Assembly: GCA_015228925.1 (NCBI GenBank)
Contig: JADGCQ010000001.1
Coordinates: 50,669-114,668 of the forward strand
Origin: Magnetococcales bacterium
GTDB lineage: Bacteria; Pseudomonadota; Magnetococcia; Magnetococcales; UBA8363
Direction: 5' to 3'
DNA length: 64,000 nt
The position numbers and the translations under genes are program-made. Positions 35,682-42,058 of this stretch are shown piece by piece. The first letter of the stretch is position 1; the number at the start of each line of letters is the position of its first letter. The notes beneath the pieces are model-generated. The model saw only the letters and a list, made by a program, of their open reading frames with translations. It was not told where the DNA came from and searched no databases.

Positions 35682-36283
35682 TGGCGACAATAGATGTAAC
35701 ACCAGTTGATGCGTTTGAATTCGTATATGAGTTTCATTGCGAATGGACTCATCTGCTGCAAATTCATCTGGACCAACCACACTATCTAAGGGTGACCCAT
35801 ATCCCAAACTTCCTGATGGAAGATGAAGAAAAGATTAAAAATGTATTGGTGGTTCCATTTGCAACAAATATTAATGCAATTAAGTTTGTTGCTCTACTTG
35901 AGACTAAAATCTCAAGTCTTGCTGACATAGTGACAGCAGGAACGGACGGAACCACCTATACTCTCGATGAGAAAGCAAAAGCCGCACTGGCAACCATTAC
36001 CGCTATCCTTGCCGACGTTAATAGCCATTGTGACCGGGTTGAAATCGGTGTTTCACCCGAATGGGTTTGCAGCGGCAATTGCGATACGCTCCGGTGCAAC
36101 GGTGATGATAAGATTAAGAATTACGCCGAACAGCACATCGCCCTGATTGAATCCAAGGGCGGGAAAGTTTTTGGTGGGGTTCCCGCTCTCGTCAAAGCCA
36201 TCAAGGAAAAGCAACTGTTCGACCCGGAAGAGCTTTTATCCCAGGACGAACTGGATGAGATGCCATGGCTCGGTAAAAAATAG
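35681..36283 (+). CDS. Hypothetical protein (200 aa)
   Basis: Translationally coupled to the upstream ORF. No motif recognised. Confidence 0.45.
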   Translation: MATIDVTPVDAFEFVYEFHCEWTHLLQIHLDQPHYLRVTHIPNFLMEDEEKIKNVLVVPFATNINAIKFVALLETKISSLADIVTAGTDGTTYTLDEKAKAALATITAILADVNSHCDRVEIGVSPEWVCSGNCDTLRCNGDDKIKNYAEQHIALIESKGGKVFGGVPALVKAIKEKQLFDPEELLSQDELDEMPWLGKK

Positions 36284-36329
36284 GTAGGCAACAGGCAACA
36301 GGCAACAGGCAACCAACCAAGGAACCAAA

Positions 36330-36680
36330 ATGAACCAAAATGGAACCAAAATGCAAAACTTTTCCATCATTGAAGATAACGGTGGAACAATCCACATTAT
36401 TATCCATGAGCCGAATGATGATTCTTGCACGACTTGCATCATGGCTTTCGCTGGTGAATGGAACATACTGGCCGAAGCGGTCAAAGATTTGTTCAATGGG
36501 GAAGATCCAAGCGATTGGGAAAACGCTGTAGAAAATCCCCAAGAACATTGGGATTATTACACCGTTGAAAGCCTCCAGAACGGCGGCTGGAAATACATCG
36601 CTGACAGTAAGGGCGGATGGTTCGGATCTGAGACTTTTGGCTTTGCTGGCCAATCGCTTTACGAGGCTTGCCAATCTTAG
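36330..36680 (+). CDS. Hypothetical acidic protein (116 aa)
   Basis: The start lies within a short tandem repeat. The in-frame ATG at 36351 is an alternative. Confidence 0.4.
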   Translation: MNQNGTKMQNFSIIEDNGGTIHIIIHEPNDDSCTTCIMAFAGEWNILAEAVKDLFNGEDPSDWENAVENPQEHWDYYTVESLQNGGWKYIADSKGGWFGSETFGFAGQSLYEACQS

Positions 36681-36733
36681 CTGTAATATTAAACTCCTGG
36701 ATCTACAGGAACAATCAGTAAAGGAAACATAAA

Positions 36734-37198
36734 ATGGGAATCTTTAAGCAACTTTCCGAGAAGGGTTTCACTCTGGAATCCATCAATATGTTGGAAGAAA
36801 TTATCGCAGTTGAATGGGCCAAGAACGATGATGACTATCCAACATTCGCCGTCGAACTGATGGGTAATCTGCAAGAGCTTGTAGAGAACAGCATCAGAGC
36901 AGGTACAGGATTTTTCGGTTTCGACCGTTGGCAGCAGAAAGGGGATCACGCCACTGGTGTTACCCGGTTTAAGGTCTCCATGGTGACGCCAACCATGGTC
37001 AAACAGCTTCATGGAACGTGCAGCGCAAAGGGCAAGGTGAAGCTGGAGGATGGGGTGACGCTAGACGACATCGACCGTAAATGTCTTGCTACATTGGTAT
37101 CCCCCCGGCCCCAGGTGGAAGAAGACTTGTACGAAGATGAGCAATTTATCGATCACGACGCCATCGAAGAGGAAGCAGCAAACCCCAATTGGGCTTGA
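36734..37198 (+). CDS. Hypothetical protein (154 aa)
   Basis: AAGGA RBS. Last gene of the plus-strand operon, followed by terminators. Confidence 0.45.
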   Translation: MGIFKQLSEKGFTLESINMLEEIIAVEWAKNDDDYPTFAVELMGNLQELVENSIRAGTGFFGFDRWQQKGDHATGVTRFKVSMVTPTMVKQLHGTCSAKGKVKLEDGVTLDDIDRKCLATLVSPRPQVEEDLYEDEQFIDHDAIEEEAANPNWA

Positions 37199-37232
37199 GC
37201 GTCGGATCTACTCCATGCCCCTATGGATTTAA

Positions 37233-37280
37233 AGCCCTGGCCCTTGCCAGGGTTTTAACTTTGCCCCCTTGCCAGGGTTT
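37233..37280 (+). terminator. Duplicated rho-independent terminator at a convergent gene junction
   Basis: ccctgg-cccttg-ccaggg followed by tttt (37235-37256). The element cccttgccagggtttt is directly repeated at 37265-37280. Confidence 0.6.
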
Positions 37281-37913
37281 TTATTTTGCCGTCGCCGTGG
37301 CGTATCTCAAGGCGTCCACAAACCGTTTTTGGATTCGCAATCCGGCCACCCTTTTTGCCGTTTTCTCAAAACCAAACCTTGGTTTAATTTTCGAGTCGCG
37401 GGAAAACATGTACATCAACGCCAACGGTTGCCGCTTTTTCCCCTCATACCGACCGCTCGGCATCACCTGCTTTTTGCCCGTCCGATGCCAGACACCATAC
37501 CGATGACCGCCAGAAGAGATCGGCGCAATAAAATGCCCCTTCTTTGCCATCAATTTTCCGGGATATTTCCCCGGCCTGGTTAAATCGGTTTTACGTTTCC
37601 TGGCACCAACAGGGATGGCTGGAGCCTTGCCTGATTCTAAACTCCTGACGCCACCTTCCTCCTGGACCGCCATGAACTGATCTTTGACGTAGACCGTGGC
37701 TTTCAGGTTATTATTGGTCGCCTTTGTTACCTTGATGCCCTTCGCAATCCATGTGGTCCTGATCGTGAATCTTTCCGGTAGTTCCTTCCGCACCTCGGCC
37801 TGAATATCATAAGCCGTGTCGGTCAACGCTTTGGAGGCAGCAAAAATCACCTGCTTTTGTGCTGCCGCAAAAAGTCGGTCAACCTGCGCGAAGTTGATAT
37901 TTACCCCAAACAT
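37281..37913 (-). CDS. Hypothetical basic protein (210 aa), possibly virion-morphogenesis related
   Basis: Last gene of the minus-strand lysis cluster. No secure motif. The functional guess is weak. Confidence 0.35.
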   Translation of the reverse strand: MFGVNINFAQVDRLFAAAQKQVIFAASKALTDTAYDIQAEVRKELPERFTIRTTWIAKGIKVTKATNNNLKATVYVKDQFMAVQEEGGVRSLESGKAPAIPVGARKRKTDLTRPGKYPGKLMAKKGHFIAPISSGGHRYGVWHRTGKKQVMPSGRYEGKKRQPLALMYMFSRDSKIKPRFGFEKTAKRVAGLRIQKRFVDALRYATATAK

Positions 37914-37916
37914 GAA

Positions 37917-38300
37917 TCATTTTTCATAGTTGCTGTTTACCTCGTCGCCGCGATCTGGTCTACCAGCACGCCGAAACTCCCGACCTAAATCTTCGCGTCT
38001 CTGGTGATAGACGTATTCATCAGACCTGGAATCAATGCGAACGATTAATTTAGAAACTAATTCCAGGTTGGTCTTACTCACATTATCTATCATCCTTTTT
38101 AATTCATCAATATCTTCATTTTTGACTCTGTTTTCAGCGCAATGAAGTTGAAACTCCATGAAACTATCAGATACTTCATCAACACGTCTTTTTAAATCTT
38201 TATGGATATGGAACTGCCCGTAAATTAATGCAGCAAGGATGAGAAATAAAGCGGTTGGACCACCACTAGAAACAGCATTTATTGTGGTTATGATGTCCAT
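37917..38300 (-). CDS. Single-pass membrane protein with coiled-coil ectodomain (holin- or i-spanin-like, 127 aa)
   Basis: One N-terminal hydrophobic helix (GGPTALFLILAALIYGQF), then a charged helical region. No embedded out-of-frame lipoprotein ORF: both alternative frames are full of stops. Confidence 0.45.
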   Translation of the reverse strand: MDIITTINAVSSGGPTALFLILAALIYGQFHIHKDLKRRVDEVSDSFMEFQLHCAENRVKNEDIDELKRMIDNVSKTNLELVSKLIVRIDSRSDEYVYHQRREDLGREFRRAGRPDRGDEVNSNYEK

Positions 38301-39009
38301 TACGTCGCTCCGGTATCTTTAAAACATTTTTCAGGTAAGAATCCATTGAATGTTTGCTTAGTGAAACTAATCCACTTTTCCTGTTTTTTGTCATAGCGTT
38401 GAAACCTGCCATGGCTCGTTGTTGCCATGTCGGATTGACAACCGTGTGATCAGCGTCAAAAAATACAACCTGCCCAGAATGACGAAACCGGATAAACGTA
38501 GGCAAATGCGGCACTATGTCTCCAGCGTTTACAACTCGGATGTAACTGTTTTCCCAATCTTTAAAAACATTTGACACCCATTTAGCATCACCAACCCTTG
38601 GTTGACCAAATGTGTGAAGATGCAGCTTTACATTCGGCAATAGGTGCATGTACCTTGCGGCAGTTACCACAGCGATTGCACCGCCAAGCGAGTGGCCACA
38701 AAAGGTAATATTCTTCCAAGGTCTGTGCGCGACCTGTCGGTCTATATCATCTTCAATCTCTTTGGCCGCATTGCAAAAACCAGCATGAAGACTTCCGTAT
38801 GGAGTTTTGATCTTTCGCACATCAAGATTTTCAAGCCAATCGGCCATTTCATTTGTTCCAGCAAATGCAACCCAAATGTCATCGCCTCTGATAGCTGTTA
38901 GCCACTGGATGTTATTGTTGCTGAACCTCCTTATTCTGAATCCAAACACCCGTACTTTGCATGGATCGTAAATCCTGGAAGCAAAGGTTGCTGATAGCTT
39001 GATGTGCAT
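38266..39009 (-). CDS. Class-3 (triacylglycerol-type) lipase / esterase family protein
   Basis: Lipase_3 hallmarks: ...VAFAGTNEMADWLEN..., nucleophile elbow GHSLGGA, ...TFGQPRVGD..., ...NAGDIVPHLP..., ...SKHSMDSY... Confidence 0.8.
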   Translation of the reverse strand: MHIKLSATFASRIYDPCKVRVFGFRIRRFSNNNIQWLTAIRGDDIWVAFAGTNEMADWLENLDVRKIKTPYGSLHAGFCNAAKEIEDDIDRQVAHRPWKNITFCGHSLGGAIAVVTAARYMHLLPNVKLHLHTFGQPRVGDAKWVSNVFKDWENSYIRVVNAGDIVPHLPTFIRFRHSGQVVFFDADHTVVNPTWQQRAMAGFNAMTKNRKSGLVSLSKHSMDSYLKNVLKIPERRNGHHNHNKCCF

Positions 39010-39041
39010 GGATTTGCTCCAAAGGTCAGGGATTTTCAGAG

Positions 39042-39509
39042 TTAGGAATGCGCCGTCAGTCGATTCCAGTTGGCGATGTACTCTTCCGGTTTGCCCTTGC
39101 CCTTGATGGTGTTATAGTGCTTCTTCCAATAGATCGCCTGGCCATGAAGATCACCAGCAGCAGGAAGCAGTTCATCTTTCCTGAAATAGTGAATCCGGCA
39201 CATCGCGCAGCCATACCTGAGATCGTACAAGAGCCGACCTGCGTTGTGCGTAAGATCGGTCCCTAAAACCTTGGCCGCGAGCGAACCCCTGGCTTGCAAA
39301 AAATTAATCCAGATGTCGTCGTGAGTTGCTGGCTCCATCTGCCAAAGCCCTAAAGCTGGACCACCGCCTTGCTGTTTGATCAAACGCAGCCCGGACTCCT
39401 GGATGCACGTACCCAGGACAAGTTCCTCCGCTGCCAAAGACCAAAGGTCCAGTTGTTTGAGCGTTGGGATTATGATGTATTCTCGGAGTTGGAAAGTATT
39501 CAGGCTCAT
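39042..39509 (-). CDS. Endolysin, SLT-type lytic transglycosylase-like
   Basis: AAGGAA RBS. ...GTCIQESGL...GPALGLWQMEP... resembles the E-S...GLMQ signature of the SLT domain. No signal or SAR sequence. Confidence 0.6.
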   Translation of the reverse strand: MSLNTFQLREYIIIPTLKQLDLWSLAAEELVLGTCIQESGLRLIKQQGGGPALGLWQMEPATHDDIWINFLQARGSLAAKVLGTDLTHNAGRLLYDLRYGCAMCRIHYFRKDELLPAAGDLHGQAIYWKKHYNTIKGKGKPEEYIANWNRLTAHS

Positions 39510-39690
39510 GGTTTAGAATTTCCTTTTATAAATCGAGCGTTTCCGTTTTGTACCGTTTCCGTTGCACTTTGATATACCTCCAAGATGCCCGGTGCTGGCA
39601 CACCAAGCGTAGTTTGGGATCGCGGAAGCGATCACCGGACACCTTGGGGGTTCGGAATATCTCTTCTACGCTCTATGTCCAGTGCCAACC

Positions 39691-39720
39691 GGACAACAAA
39701 AAGCCACCCGAAGGCGGCTT
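39691..39720 (-). terminator. Rho-independent terminator (minus strand)
   Basis: Minus strand: AAGCCGCC-TTCG-GGTGGCTT followed by TTTTGTTGT. Confidence 0.6.
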
Positions 39721-39895
39721 GCGTTATTTGTAATTCGTGGGGGGGTCTCGCCAAATCTGGCGAATCAATATGACCGACCTTTTTGACGTTCCCCAGTTTT
39801 GGGGAACGTCAAAACAAAGTCTTGATTTTCCATGAATTCGAACTTATCGATCCGGTCTTTGATCCAGGTCGAAAAATCCTTACCGACCTCCAGGG

Positions 39896-40087
39896 TTAAA
39901 AATCAAAGCTTTTTGATTCTCTTCGCATGGATTCTCTTCGCCTGGATTTCTCCGGCTTGTTCTTCGGTTTGTTCTTCGGCTTGTTCTTCGGCTTGTTCTT
40001 GTTTTTCTTTTTCGATGTAAACTTCGGATGACAGCCGCAAACTCCAAAATCTCTTCCACACACTTCACATTCGTTGCTCTTGGCCAT
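39896..40087 (-). CDS. Small Cys-cluster protein with (KNKP)4 basic repeat tail
   Basis: MAKSNECEVCGRDFGVCGCHPKF...KNKPKNKPKNKPKNKP... GAGGA lies 10 nt upstream of the ATG at 40087. The longer ORF (TTG at 40123) would start inside a terminator T-run. Confidence 0.35.
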   Translation of the reverse strand: MAKSNECEVCGRDFGVCGCHPKFTSKKKNKNKPKNKPKNKPKNKPEKSRRRESMRRESKSFDF

Positions 40088-40120
40088 CACCGTCATATCC
40101 TCGCCGTCATGCCATCGTAC

Positions 40121-40202
40121 CAAACAAAAAAACCCGCGACGAAATGCGCGGGTTCTGAAATTTCAATAAATAAAAAAAGGCCCAACCGGGGGGATTGGAC
40201 CT
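40121..40202 (-). terminator. Two tandem rho-independent terminators (minus strand)
   Basis: Minus strand: AGGTCCAA..TTGGGCCT followed by TTTTTTTA (40171-40202), and AACCCGCG..CGCGGGTT followed by TTTTTTGTTTG (40121-40154). Confidence 0.6.
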
Positions 40203-40405
40203 TTTAGCCCGATGCTCTTGGCTGAAACAGGAGCATCGGGGTGTAAATAAACTCGCAAAACTCAGGGACCAAACTCAGGGATCTACTCCAGAGGCAACTC
40301 GACTGGTACAAAAACGATAGCACAAATCTAAGAACAACATCAATAAAAAATGAAAGGATGAAGTGCTTCGTCTTAGTTTTTTATTGTCTTTACGGTTACT
40401 TACAA

Positions 40406-41029
40406 TTATTTGAACGCCTCGGTGCTATGGATTGGGTAGCGTTTACCGAGCATACCAAGCGCAGCACTCAGCACTCCAAATGTGAAATGGTAGTCGATTA
40501 CATTTCTTGAATTTGTATATTTCTCTAGTTGATCGCCAAGACCGAGAATGTGCCACACTGCATGTCCAGCGGGTGAATCCACCCCGCCAAGGTAATCCAT
40601 CGTCCGTGAGACGTGCTTTTGAGCCATTTCAACAAGATCCCAATTACGCTCATGCCCGGTTGGCGCACGGTTCAGGTCAACAGCACTTATCTGATCCAGC
40701 ATAGCGATGGTGAAATGGTCTTGAAATTGTCTGCCAGCGTTATACTGTGCATGATTGATCTTTCCTTTGCGATACAGTATTTCAAGTACATCCTGTATCC
40801 GGCGTTTCTGTTTTATTTGACCATCGGTAGCTTCGACTGTCAGCTTGTACTCCCTGCCTCCCGGCCCAGGAGCAGGGATATAGCCAACTTCCGCACCTCC
40901 GTTCTTGGGCAAGGGTTTTGGCATCGGCTTCCGGCCATGCTGTGGTCTACCAGCCTTCCCTGTTTTCCTGATTGCCCCAGGATTCGATTTTTCGCCTCTG
41001 CTTTCGCCCGTCAAAATCTGTTCTTGCAT
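40406..41029 (-). CDS. Hypothetical DNA-binding-like protein (DUF6456-like by eye, 207 aa)
   Basis: ...LYRKGKINHAQYNAGRQFQDHFTIAML... resembles the alphaproteobacterial DUF6456 pattern. Basic N-terminus. Confidence 0.35.
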   Translation of the reverse strand: MQEQILTGESRGEKSNPGAIRKTGKAGRPQHGRKPMPKPLPKNGGAEVGYIPAPGPGGREYKLTVEATDGQIKQKRRIQDVLEILYRKGKINHAQYNAGRQFQDHFTIAMLDQISAVDLNRAPTGHERNWDLVEMAQKHVSRTMDYLGGVDSPAGHAVWHILGLGDQLEKYTNSRNVIDYHFTFGVLSAALGMLGKRYPIHSTEAFK

Positions 41030-41295
41030 TTTGCCACTCCAAACCAGGTTTAAAATCGTGCGCTTTGTCGCGTGAGAGTCCCTGTGTTGCGTTTTTCTAC
41101 TGTCTTGGCTACCTACCTACCATGGCATAGCCAACGACGCTTAAAATGGCCTTTTTTGCGCCAGGAGAAAAAATCATTTTGCCAGGCCGCTCTGGAAAAA
41201 TTTCCCCGCCGTACTGCAAAATCATAACACGATGGCCAATTATGATCGGTTTGCATATCGGTACGAGCAGTTTGCTCATCGCCCATGATCATTTA

Positions 41296-42058
41296 CCTTG
41301 TAACGGCGTAACAGACAATTTGCCTGCTGTGCGGGTTTGTTACAAATTTTGTTACGCAAAAATTTTAACAATTATAGCCACTTCCTTATATATATATAAA
41401 TATGTAACATATATATATATATATATATATAGATGGGGATATATATGAAAATATTTTTATGTGTGACTCTCTCCTTTTTTATATGGATATATCCCGGAGA
41501 AGTTTGTTACGCCATTTTTTGTCACAAACCGCTCCCAAGCCAACAGAAAAATCATTATAAAGCGTTGTTAATGATTAAATATAAAATTGTACCAGTTTTT
41601 GGAAAATTTTCCAGTTGTAACAAAAATCGCCATGGGCAGGCCCAAAATTTTCCCGATTTACCCACCATGGAGGTGCTTTTGGAAAAAATTTTGGGAAAAA
41701 TTTTCCAAAAACACGTCCAAAAAAAATAATTTTGCCCCCAGAAAAAATAATTTCGGCCACGTTTTTGAAAATTTTTTGGGAAATTTTTCCACTTTTCCAA
41801 AAAATTTTTCCACTTTTGGGGAAATTTTTCGGGAAATTTCCAAAATTTTTCCCGGCTCCAAAAATTTTTCCCAAAATTTTCCAAAATTATTTTTCGTGCC
41901 AAATAATATTTTTGGACCAAGAAAAGTTTCCTTTGTAATAAAAACAAGCACATGACCGTTTTCCCCCAAAAAAGCCATCGGGAAATTTTTTCTGGAAATT
42001 TTCCCCGGTCGAAAAATTTTCCCCGGTCGAAAATTCTCAAGATGCCAAGAATACAAAT
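41296..42058. other. Candidate replication origin / architectural DNA region: TTTGTTAC repeats, (TA)n, and an array of G/C-flanked AnTn tracts
   Basis: GTTAC/GTAAC at 41300, 41308, 41339, 41351, 41404, 41506 and 41617. At least 17 AnTn blocks lie between 41603 and 41925. An 18-19-bp tandem aaattttccccggtcga x2 sits at 41996-42030. No credible ORF. The region abuts the primase-helicase gene. Confidence 0.5.
41387..41431. repeat. (TA)n dinucleotide tracts
   Basis: (TA)6 at 41387-41398 and ~11.5 AT units at 41409-41431, separated by aatatgtaac. Confidence 0.9.

Noticed and set aside
41146-42056. Several overlapping ORFs on both strands (41146..41448, 41433..41729, 41555..42040, 41575..41874, 41587..41955, 41658..42056, 41732..41938)
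   Set aside because: All are low-complexity translations of (TA)n and AnTn tracts (FWKFPEKF..., IYIYIY...). They are open in multiple frames and on both strands simultaneously, which is the signature of repeat DNA rather than coding sequence.
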